From Nemertoderma westbladi (Eukaryota > Animalia > Xenacoelomorpha), in the NCBI GenBank assembly GCA_032718475.1, contig JAUCBJ010002220.1, positions 57,653 to 121,652 of the forward strand: a stretch of DNA of 64,000 nucleotides, in the 5' to 3' direction. The notes beneath the pieces are model-generated. The model worked only from the letters and a program-made list of their open reading frames with translations. It was not told where the DNA came from and searched no databases. A program made the position numbers and the translations under genes. Of the stretch, positions 53,701-64,000 are shown in pieces. How positions within the stretch are numbered: position 1 is the first letter of the stretch; every line of letters starts with the position of its first letter.

Positions 53701-53921
53701 GACTCGTCTTCTTCTCCGTCCCTCTCGCCCTCTCCTTCTCTCAACTTGGTTCCTCCCGGTCCTCTCGGCTCGATCTCTGGCTCCAGACGGCCCCCTTCAT
53801 CCTGATCTGCCGGATGACCCGTTACCGATGGGTCCGGCGTCGTGGGCCTGTACCGTCTGGTCACGGCCTCGCGAATCGTTGGGTCTTCCTCCGGGGTCCG
53901 CATTGGCGTAACGTCACTCAT
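50600..53921 (-). pseudogene. Long low-complexity N-terminal extension of BEL-1 Gag, broken by frameshifts
   Basis: ATG at 53921. Successive overlapping ORFs contain an E/R coiled-coil, an Asn-rich tract, 60-bp repeats (51763-51935) and a ~120-bp duplication (~53460-53680). Several breaks fall at poly-C runs. Confidence 0.65.
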
Positions 53922-54084
53922 GTTGTATCTTGTATCTCGTTTAACTAAGGCAGGTCGGATTCAATTACTGTGACGGGATCCACAGAGGATCCCGATTTAT
54001 GCGGTATTCGATTCACGCGTCGCGTCCCCGCCGTGTGTGTGTAAAAGGTAAAGAGTTATTGTTCGCTGTATAAAGTTCTCAGGT

Positions 54085-54689
54085 TATAGAATTATATCCT
54101 CACAAAAGCCGTGGATTTTCGAAATTTTATTTTGTTGGAATAAACTTGTTAAAAGATTACATTAATTTCTCATTTATATTTACCATAGCTATTCGTACAA
54201 TGTTATTCAAGTGGTTCAGTAGCTCAGTCGGTTAAGCGTTGGAAATTTGTCTAGTAGGTATAGAGTTCAAATCCTAGCAGGTGCAAATTGTTTTTTGTGC
54301 TGAATTTCAACTAATTTAAATTGACCGATACAGTTTAATTGCATGCACTTAGGTAGATTAACCAATGTAATTGCAGTTATTTGATAGTAACCAATGTCGT
54401 GCAAGATATGTGTTTGTTGGACCAATGGTTATCTTTAAAAACCCAATATAATTCATGGAATGTTCTCGATTGTTTGCAGCACAAATTTGCTATAAAAGGT
54501 GCAGTTTCGTTCATTAAACACACTCATTCTGATATACTTAGTATTCTATCTAAATTAGTTTGTTTATTCTGTTATTAGTTATTTCAGATTACATTTTTGT
54601 ATTAGTATTATCTGCAATAAAATCGGAATTACCGCTATCTGTCTTCTTTTCACTATTTTTCACCACGGTGAACACCCTTGAAGAACAGG
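54085..54689 (+). repeat. 5' LTR of BEL-2 (minimum extent)
   Basis: Matches 63401-64000 with about 6 substitutions and one block replacement. TATAAAA at 54491 and AATAAA at 54616. The true 3' end cannot be determined here. Confidence 0.9.
54213..54296 (+). promoter_or_regulatory. tRNA-derived type-2 Pol III promoter cassette (A box, B box, T6) inside the LTR
   Basis: A box TAGCTCAGTCGG (54220-54231), B box GTTCAAATCC (54265-54274), T6 (54291-54296). The acceptor stem does not pair. Confidence 0.72.
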
Positions 54690-56386
54690 ATGGCCGGCTA
54701 GACATCGGGCCGCAGCAGTGAACGGGAACATCGGGGGAATGTGAACAGGAGACCGCCCACAATATCTATTCGAGTTATTCGCCCATCGCCTGAAGGTTAG
54801 ACAGTGTTCGATGCTTTGCTACCTAAGTGTAAGACCTAAGATCGACGGTAGAAGTAGCGACACACTGTACGACACGACACGCTGTGTGGCTTGTCGGCAG
54901 TACACGGTGTTTATTGCTTGCGTTGGAACTTGTAGGCTAGGAGAGGGTTGCTGTGTTTTCCCTGAATTGAGATTATACCGTTCAGGCGGAAGGGCAGTTT
55001 ATTACTAGGCGAAAATAAATTAAGGCTATTAGGGATATACTAACATCTACCGTGTCCCCGCCAACGTCCTGATAGGAAGTTACCCAGCCTACCTAGGTGA
55101 CTAAAATTCCAGATAAGAGCCAGGATAGCTATTTGTAACTGTACGCCTACAGTAGTAAACTAACACATTTCTTCTTAGTATTAGGGACCTGGTAACTAAA
55201 ATTGCCGAATTCTGGGCGTAGCATTAACCTTATGCCTGAATTTGAGTCCTGGAAATACACAAAAGGGGAAGGAGCCTTGTCATTTGTTAGTATTGGACCT
55301 ACAAGTTAACAAAATATTGGAATATTTGTAAAATAAACGCCGGACCCAGTAAATGAGATTATATGAAGGATTAAAACCAATTTTGATCTAAGAATTGAGA
55401 CATACACGCGTTTTTAGGAATTATTTACACCTCAAAATATATAAAATAGTTTGTTCGCACTGCGGCTTTGCTTGCTAGTTATATTTGTAGCTAGCGTCTC
55501 TCACCCACCATATAAATCACACCGCGGCAAAGTATACGAGCGCTTTTAGTCCGTCAGTGAGTCAGCCCGATTTTAGGACTCGCTGCGCGGGATTTTGTTT
55601 TACCGAAGTTTGTCCGTTCGTAGACTGTTTTCTGCCTCACCGGTTATAAGAGACCGATACTGCAATAGGTTTGCTTAATTAGAGTTTACTGTTTTGGTGA
55701 GAAGGTCGGATTTATGCTTTGATTCACAGACTCTACAGTATGATATTGCAGGGTTCGCGTATTTGTTACTGTCTCTTCAAATAGTAGGAATATGATTCAC
55801 TGAACTACCGTTCAGTAGAACAAAATTATTTGAAAATTTTGTATTTTGAGGTAAAAATTTGTATTTGATTAGCTAAGTGCTAATATTTTGAAATATAGTT
55901 TTGATTTGAACCGTGTGTAAAAATATTTGGAATTGAATACCGGTGTTTAAAAAGGGTTTAAATACCATATTGTACCGGTACAAAATTTTCGTAAAAGTAA
56001 AACCAAACTCTTTTGTTTTTCAGGATTCAGACCTCATTTCTAGACTGTAACGGGAGCAAGACTGTGTTTCGCGAGTTTGGGAGATAGATAACTCAACAAT
56101 TTTGGTTGGGAAAATCGCACTTTGTCCGCAATGCTGGAAACTGAAAGGTTCACGTCCGGTTTGTATCTGGGAATCTGTTTTTCTGGAGAATTATTGGAGT
56201 GGGTAAGTTTGAAAAGTTGCATTAATCAGTTAGGCATTACCGTATTAGTTAAAATTATTGTGGGTTCCACTGTCTCAAGTATTTATGCATTCCGTACGAT
56301 TTCTTTGTTTATTGCTGAATTAGTCCGTAATTATTTGTGTTTAATTTATATTTTGATAACGTATATCGTTATCCGATTTATTTGTT

Positions 56387-56510
56387 ATAAAATTGGCCGT
56401 TAGGCTAATTTTATTATATACTTATACCGTGACATTTATTTGCTGTAAAATTGGCCGTTTAGGCTAATTTTATCCATTTGCTATAAAATCGGCTGGTAGG
56501 CTAATTTTAT
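56387..56510 (+). repeat. Three tandem 28-29-nt hairpin units upstream of gag
   Basis: ATAAAATTGGCC-GTTA-GGCTAATTTTAT and variants at 56387-56414, 56445-56473 and 56483-56510. Confidence 0.8.
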
Positions 56511-56597
56511 ATGACTGTAATTAGTACCGTTTTTGATATAAATACGGTAAATTCGATACGTTGACACTCACATTTTACTTGACTTACAACTACCGAA

Positions 56598-59500
56598 ATG
56601 AGTGACAAACAAGACTATACGAAGAATACACCTACTGACTATGACTCATGTGACGCGGATAAGTCAGTAGCGGAAGAACTACATTGGAAGACTCGCGAGC
56701 CTACCGAACCTACACCGTGTGCGTCACCAGTACATCCAACGGGAGTACCGGATGCCATAGTAAGAGGCGACGGCAGGACCGAGGACTTTCTAACTGTTCC
56801 GCAACCTAGATACAGGGAAACGGACATGGTAAGTTCAGCAGGAAGCCAGGAGAGCGTGGTTAGAACCGTCGGAGGATACATGGCGCATATTACCAGGAGT
56901 ATTGGAGAAGGCCAACGCATATTAGACGAGTTGACCGCTCCGATGTCTCGTTTTGAGTTCTACACCCTCCAGGTTAGAGTACAAAGTAGAGTACATAAGT
57001 CCGTAGATAACCTTATCAGTCTACAAGATCTAGCTAGACAGAGACAGGACGTGGACACTCAACTTAGAATCCTCGAGAAACTAATGATCGCTAGAGAGAA
57101 ACTGATTCAGTTTAAGTCGACGATTAGGCAGATACAACAGGAACAAGCGGACCAGTTGTTAGGTGAGTCAGTTTCGGACGAATTATTGCAACCCGAGGAA
57201 GAACAGGAACTGTATAGTCTGGATGGACAATTGAAACACCTGACGGATCACTTACGCATGTGCGGCGAGGACGTCGGAGATTGGGAAACCGTGCCGGAGG
57301 CTACGAGGGAAACTTCACTCGCACAAATCGAGCTGGCACCGGGAATACTGGATCAATCGTTAGTAAGTATTCGCAGCGAAATTAACGAGGTAAGCATGGT
57401 AACGTCAGAAATTTATCGACAACAACAACAGTTCGACAGACAACAACGAGACATGGAGGAACAAACTCAACTGCTAATGATACAAGCAGCAGTAGAGGAA
57501 GAGAAACTACGTGTTGCGAATGTTGCGAGAATCTCTCATCTGCAAGAACAAGCTGAGTTGGAAGCAGCCGAAATGGAAAGGTTAGAGTTGGACATTGCAC
57601 AACAAGCGGCAGCAGCCGAGTTAGCGCAACGAACAGCAGCGGCCGAGTTAGAGCGACAAGCGGCAGCAGCAGCGGCAGCGTCCGAGTTAGAGCGACAAAG
57701 GTTAGCTTCAGAAGCGAGAACCGAAATGAAAAAACGGCAAATAAAGGCTCAATCAGCTATATGACAAGCGGAGTTTGAGGCGCAACAACATCAGACGGAA
57801 CAACGCGAGAAAGAAGCTAAACTTCATTTCGAACTCGAAAGGAAGGCGAGAGAATTAGCCAACACCAAGGAGGATTTAGATCTCAAAGCCCGCGATCGAT
57901 CGATGAGATCTCGAGACGGACACGATCTAGACCGGATAGAGGTAAGGCACCGCCAAATTCAGGAACGGATGAAGGAAGGAAGCGTAGGAGCACCTGAGCG
58001 AGAACGGGAATTAGTTAAAGACTTATGTCAACGATTTCCTCAAGTAACTCCAATGTTTGCACCAATTACGAATAAAGGACCTGTTTCGATTGCGGGTAGT
58101 AGTAATATTTCTCCTATCGATGGTGCGACGGAGCACAGGTTTGTTATTCCGGACAAGTTTTTATCGCCAAGAGCAACGTCATCGCCTATTCCGAAAGTCA
58201 AGGTAAGTAACCCACCGATTACCGATCGTAGTAGTTTATTGACTGGACATGCACTACTGACGACTAAACAGGTGAGTCCACCTTCGACACCCAAACCTGT
58301 CACGCACTACACTTACCCAATGACGTTTAAACCTACAAGGCCTTTAGATTCAAACGCTGTCACTCGACCACCGGTTCAGTTTACATCGCAATCTACGACT
58401 TCGAGGAAGACTTGTGAGCCTACCGAACAACGGAGACCAGTGGATACGCGACCGTTTAATCAGTTTACATCGCAATCTACGACTTCGAGGAAGACTTGTG
58501 AGCCTACCGAACAACGGAGACCAGTGGATACGCGACCGTTTAATCAGTTTACATCGCAATCTACGACTTCGAGGAAGACTTGTGAGCCTACCGAACAACG
58601 GAGAACAGTGGACGATGTTCCGAAACGGAATGTTAGAATTCGAACGACACAACGGACGCGAGCACGTCGGCCACCGTATCCAGGTGACAGTAGTACTTCG
58701 AGTGAATCGGATTACCCGGAATGCGAGGTATTTAGAACAGGAGCGGCCGACGAATATAAACGTGAGCGTTCAGATAACTCCTTTATCGAGAATCCTCCAC
58801 AAAATACACCAACACAGAAGGCATTACAACCAACGGACGCAATTAGTACGCAACAACTCGCCGAAATAATGCGCCCAGTTGTCAACAAGTTGGCCCAGAT
58901 AGAGGAACGTTTAGAGGAAACTCAAACTGATAGTTCGCGAGGTAACGAGTTCGAACACTCTAGACACCCGAAGCAGCAAAGAAAACAACCCTCGAGAAAC
59001 ACCTCGTATCAAAGAAAAGCGCCAAGACGAGAGAACATCAACTCGATTGCCAACCAAGGACGCGAAACTTTGAACGTGTCCGAGGAGATAGCGAAATTCG
59101 CAGCCAGACAAGGACTACCGGTGCAACAACCACCTAAGTTTTCCGGTAACTCTAAACATTGGCACACTTTCGTGGACTACATCGAAACACAAATATCAGT
59201 GTGCGCCTTTTCATCAAGGGAAAGTTCAACTACCTGCTACAAACGCTGACGGGAGAACCGAAACGTCTAGCGGAGACCTTTGTCGGTGTACCAGACGCCT
59301 TCGAACTAGCGTATGATCGCTTAACTTCGATTTACGGAGGCACCGTAAGTATGGCTAAGTCAGTGATAGAAGAACTCTGTAAGGGGGGGGCTATAACAAA
59401 ACCCGTTGACTTACTGAAATTAGCTGACGAGATTAAGAACGCCATTACTACACTACGCTCGATTGGACAACTTGACTACGCGAACACTCCGACAGTCCTA

Positions 59501-61492
59501 TTGAAAATAATAGGAAGATTACACCATCGACTTCATCGGGAGTGGCGAAAGATAGAATATCAGCGAGAAGAGAGAGGCGGATTCTTGAAGTTGGAAGACG
59601 TCTACTTACTGATATCCAGAGAGGCAGTAGTCGAGACGCGTTCGAACTACACGGACCAACATATCGTGGCGGAAGGAATAACCTTACCATCCTCTAACAG
59701 ACAAAAACGACCGATGACATCCACAAAGATGGTTACCTACGCAACATCGACCGACACCCGACAATTTTCGGACGGTAATAAGGTATCCGCACCAATTGGG
59801 ATCAAACAGACCAGACAACAACTAACTGTGGACTTCAGCGGTTGCCAATATTGCGAACGGCTAGGTAAACGACATACTAGCCATAAACTGAGAGGATGTC
59901 GACTATTCCGCGAATTGAACTCGGAGGAACGACGACTGCAAATATGGCCATTGGATTCTTGTTGGCGGTGTACGCTACATGGACATGTCCGTAAAGACTG
60001 CCCAAATACAGACACCTGTCCTTCCTGTGGACGCAACCATGACGGTTTGCTCCACACAGACAGTCATACGCCGACCAAACGCTTCACCAGGGAACCCCCG
60101 GAAGCGGCAGCAAGATGCAACACAGCATATAAGGGTCGAGAGTCGAAAACAACACCGACATTCGTGACGCACATTAGAGATTGCTTCTCGGAACAATCAG
60201 GTTCGTCGGATGAAGAGTCGGAAGACGATGACGTTTACTTTGATACTGGAGACGAACAACCATCGATTGCGCTTCTGACGCCTGATCAACTAAAGGGGTT
60301 TAGTATAATTCCTGTCAAGATTATGGGCACAAAGGGGAGCAAACGGATATACGCTATCTCGGATTCAGCCTCATCTCACAGTTACGTGGATGAGAAGGTA
60401 GCTGATGTCGTCACGGATCTTAGACAAGGTAAGCACGTCCGATATACCGTAAGTAGTATGCATGGACAACGTGCAATACCAGTGACACGAGTTAAGTTAA
60501 ACTTAGACACTCTTCTTCCGAAATCGCAACATAGCGAAAAGGAGAGGTCTTTGTTACCCTTTAAGGATTTGACTTTTGCGGCCACAAAAGACTTTAGTAA
60601 TTTACTAGGTCCAGTGCCGGAACAATCCTTGGAGGACCGTAAGTATTTCAGACACCTTGGTGTACCCGAATGTCCTGTTAACTATAGATCAGTAGCAATG
60701 CTGATCGGGACAGACCAATTCAACCTACATCAAGTGTGGGAAACCAGACCATCGGCAGTCGTAGCGGGAAACGCATACGCCTGTAGAACGCCGATAGGGT
60801 GGTATACTCGAGCGCCTGTGCGCACACTGGATATAAGTGACGAGGAAGACGATGTACAAAGTACATGTAGTTTATTAACTACAACTTCGACTCATTCCTT
60901 TTCACACGACCGAGACTATACTACACTACGTTCGACAAAACACGACAAAGTTACAAGTACGACGTGTGTAGCGAATAGAATAAGTCACAAGGAGCAGCTA
61001 ATCCACCAGGTGAGTTTAGAACTTGGGAAGAAGACGAGTCAGCCAGAGATTCCATCGACGACAGATGATAACGCCGGAAGGCTTGCGAGTCTATCCACAC
61101 CAATAACCTCAACAATGCCCGTCGATATCGATGACGACGCGTTAAGAAATCATCAAGTGGAACAAGCTGCACTGGACAAAGAATTAACGGAGAAGACTAT
61201 CAGGTGGTTAGAACAAGATACAGCCGAACCTGGTAGCTACGAACCATGTATGTCGGAACAAGAGAAACAATCTTTAAAGATCATGGAAGATACTATCCGC
61301 CAGACGAAAGACGGACATTATGAGGTAGGGATGCTATGGCGTAACCAACGTCCTAAACTTATAAATAACTATCCGCTAGCCTTAAGACGTTTACACTCAA
61401 TACGACAACGTTTATTGAAGGACGAGAAAGCCCATCTATAGTATAATAACCAGATGGAGACATATTTGACAAAAGGGTACGCTATCAGAATG
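56598..61492 (+). pseudogene. BEL-2 gag-protease-RT(N-terminal) polyprotein with stops (57762, 61439) and a frameshift (~59200)
   Basis: ORFs 56598 and 57903 are in frame. Motifs: PPKFSGNSKHWHTF, YLLQTLTGEP, CQYC..H..C, CWRCTLHGHVRKDC, CPSCGRNHDGLLH, protease ISDSAS, RT lead-in GHYEVGMLW...NYPLALRRL...YLTKGYA. Confidence 0.88.
58376..58612 (+). repeat. 84-bp in-frame tandem repeat (~2.8 copies) in BEL-2 gag
   Basis: QFTSQSTTSRKTCEPTEQRRPVDTRPFN is repeated and the copies are essentially identical. Confidence 0.95.
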
Positions 61493-61501
61493 ATCAGAAT
61501 G

Positions 61502-62858
61502 ACTTGAATGTATTAAAGAGGAGGCAAAATGCGCTAAACGAAAGAATCGAAAGTTTGCGCAAAACCTTCAACGAACTTTACCCGTACGACGCTTTGTGTG
61601 ATACGGGAGATATTAGCAAAGACCCCGATACTGAAATTAGTCGTTAGTATCATACCATGGAATACCTGAAGGTGCATGAACCTATGCCTGCGGTACGCGA
61701 TGAATTCGATGGAATGCATCTTTACAGACGAACACGAGGGGACGATAGAGAAACGAAGGAAGCATTTTCAGTTTATAAACTTTATTATCAATGTGGTGCT
61801 CGTATGCGCGAACAAAGAAATGCGATTTCGATGCGTTTGAATAAGGAAAATCCCGAACCGATATTGGCGAGGTGTTCGAACCATCAACAACTACGTTACC
61901 AGGAAGGAGGGTATCCTTTATCGAATCCGTATCATTCGTTTGCTATGACTTGACCAAAGGCGGGAGAAATTGTCGTTTACCCACCTAAGGTTGTTGAACC
62001 CGATGCATGAGCTTACGCTGGAAGAGGTGACTCAGTCAACCCGCGAAAAGAAAGAAGCTCTTAGCCTATACAGAGCCTACAAGGCTTTCGAGAAAGGTGA
62101 GATGGAAGAATGGGGCGGAAGACTCGCGAGCCTACCTTACCATTGGACGTCACACGATCAAACTTCAGTTAAGGAGATGACACCGGAAATTTTCGAAAGT
62201 ATAAACTTTGCCCAAAATGTTCAATCGTATCACATATGGTGAATTTGACCGTTTTCGAACAGAAAAGCAAAATAAAGGAGCTTGGTTAACCGTCGCATGG
62301 GCGTACCGAGCCGCGTTCTATCATAGGCGTATACGAGCGAGCGTATTCGAGGAAGAGGAGATCCTAGAGGCGACCGACATACCAGCCACTCCGGTTGCGC
62401 CGTCTGCACGTCACCCTCGGGAGGACGGACAGGGTAGGATCATAAGGGTCCAGAAAGTGAGCCAACAATTAAAGAAGTCTATTAATATAGAAGAACGCAA
62501 GGGAGTTGAGCCGACCATTCGAATTACTCGGGATACGGTATCGCTTCCTAGAGAACCAACAGGAGGATCGGGACATACACCAGCTGATCAAAAGGGGGCG
62601 CAAGCTACTCTTGGGTCTGAGTCGTCCGCTTCCCGCGCGTTCCCAGACGTTTTACCAACTGTAGTGACAACTGATCGGTCACGTGGAATCTGTCGAGGTT
62701 TCGGGATACCTAATAGACGAATTTGTGAGGAAATGGTCGCACCGTCTCCCAACGTCCAAGCGAAACCAGTGACTCGCCCCACGAGTCCCATATCGCGAGC
62801 AAAGTCACCTGTACGCAGTTTTCGAGGACGCGGCAGGGCTCAATCAACAAAGCGGTAA
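61502..62858 (+). pseudogene. Fragmented extra 3' coding region of BEL-2, function unknown
   Basis: Consecutive sense ORFs 61657-61953, 61970-62242 and 62208-62858 have coding-like composition but no pol or env motifs I recognise. An AT-rich 3' UTR follows. Confidence 0.5.
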
Positions 62859-63400
62859 AAGGGAGGGCAAGAGTGGACGGAAGACTCGTGAGCCTTTCTT
62901 GTGAATTTGTGATTTATTTGAGTTATATATTTTATATTTAGTAAGTTTTGTATTCTGAAGGAATTTATATTTAGTAAGACTTATATTTAGTAAGAATTTA
63001 TATTTTGCAAGATTTATATTTTATATTTGTGTTTAATCCGAACTTATGCTATTTATATTGTTCCGAATATTATGCAATTTATATCTTATAAGCAGTATTT
63101 GTATTTACAGTGAAATAGAAATATTTGTAATTATTTGAATTTATGCAATATCGAGATGCAATAGATTTATATTGGTGAATTTAATTTAGATTTATATTGT
63201 ACCTACTTAATAAAGCCTTAAATATGTAAAGTTTGAATTTGTAATTATTTTGTATCGAATTATTATGTAGAAAGGAAGTATTATTGTTTGAAATTTAATT
63301 TGTTAATATGTAGGTACGCCCTAAGTATTCTATAATTTGATTGATTATTGGTGAAAACCGTATATTTTATGTACGATAATATCCTGTTTTCATGGAGCGG

Positions 63401-64000
63401 TATAGAATTATATCCTCACAAAAGCCGTGGATTTTCGAAATTTTATTTTGTTGGAATAAACTTGTTAAAAGATTACATTAAGTTCTCATTTATATTTACC
63501 ATAGCTATTCGTACAATGTTATTCAAGTGGTTCAGTAGCTCAGTCGGTTAAGCGTTGGAAATTTGTCTAGTAGGTATAGTTTGTTTTTTGTTTTAGTATT
63601 GTTTTTTGTGCTGAATTTCAACTAATTTAAATTGACCGCTACAGTTTAATTGCATGCACTTAGGTAGATTAACCAATGTAATTGCAGTTATTTGATAGTA
63701 ACCAATGTCATGCAAGATATGTGTTTGTTGGACCAATGGTTATCTTTAAAAACCCAATATAATTCATGGAATGTTGTCGATTGTTTGCAGCACAAATTTG
63801 CTATAAAAGGTGCAGTTTCGTTCATTAAACACACTCAATCTGATATACTTAGTATTCTATCTAAATTAGTTTGTTTATTCTGTTATTAGTTATTTCAGAT
63901 TACATTTTTGTATTAGTATTATCTGCAATAAAATCGGAATTACCGCTATCTGTCTTCTTTTCACTATTTTTCACCACGGTGAACACTCTTGAAGAACAGG
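63401..64000 (+). repeat. 3' LTR of BEL-2 (truncated by the window end)
   Basis: Direct repeat of 54085-54689, preceded by a short purine-rich GGAGCGG. Confidence 0.9.

Larger units (their letters stand above)
43507..54084 (-). mobile_element. BEL/Pao LTR retrotransposon 1: decayed, integrase deleted, 5' LTR not in window
   Basis: Minus-strand gag-PR-RT-RNaseH with BEL-typical motifs, an extra 3' ORF, a PPT and a 3' LTR abutting the satellite. The leader is cut off by element 2 at 54085. Confidence 0.9.
54085..64000 (+). mobile_element. BEL/Pao LTR retrotransposon 2: internally deleted (most of RT, all RNase H and integrase), 3' LTR runs off the window
   Basis: Direct repeats start at 54085 and 63401. 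Between them are gag, protease and the RT N-terminus with BEL-type triple Cys/His motifs. Confidence 0.9.

Noticed and set aside
54213-54285. Functional tRNA gene
   Set aside because: The acceptor stem does not pair, the T stem is broken and the anticodon loop is 6 nt. Kept only as a tRNA-derived promoter.
54381-54578. 65-aa ORF repeated at 63692-63889
   Set aside because: It lies inside the LTRs, starts at a non-ATG codon, and is repeated only because the LTR is.
55695-55712. TGGTGAGAAGGTCGGATT as the primer-binding site of BEL-2
   Set aside because: It is not preceded by a CA LTR end, its spacing is one base off the tRNA 3'-end pattern, and the LTR end cannot be fixed within this window.

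Overview
Eukaryotic (invertebrate-like) heterochromatic window with no host protein-coding gene. Bases 1-43506 are a tandem satellite of ~414-416-bp monomers with local higher-order repeats. The satellite is interrupted by a 1590-bp non-autonomous piggyBac-type element (TTAA duplication, internal foldback repeats), two near-identical 5'-truncated CRE-like (RLE endonuclease) non-LTR retrotransposons copied by an array duplication, and a 5'-truncated L2/CR1-group LINE with a minisatellite in its 3' UTR. From 43507 to the end lie two divergently oriented, decayed BEL/Pao LTR retrotransposons, the second apparently nested in the leader of the first. Both lack integrase and both keep an extra, non-env 3' coding region. 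The most unusual signals are: a 3' ORF with three canonical CCHC knuckles in BEL-1; a 20-nt near-palindromic motif repeated at five sites in different frames in BEL-2; a tRNA-derived Pol III cassette inside the BEL-2 LTR; and a Pro/Thr repeat abutting the catalytic YADD motif of the CRE-like RT. All calls come from reading the sequence by eye; no database searches were run.
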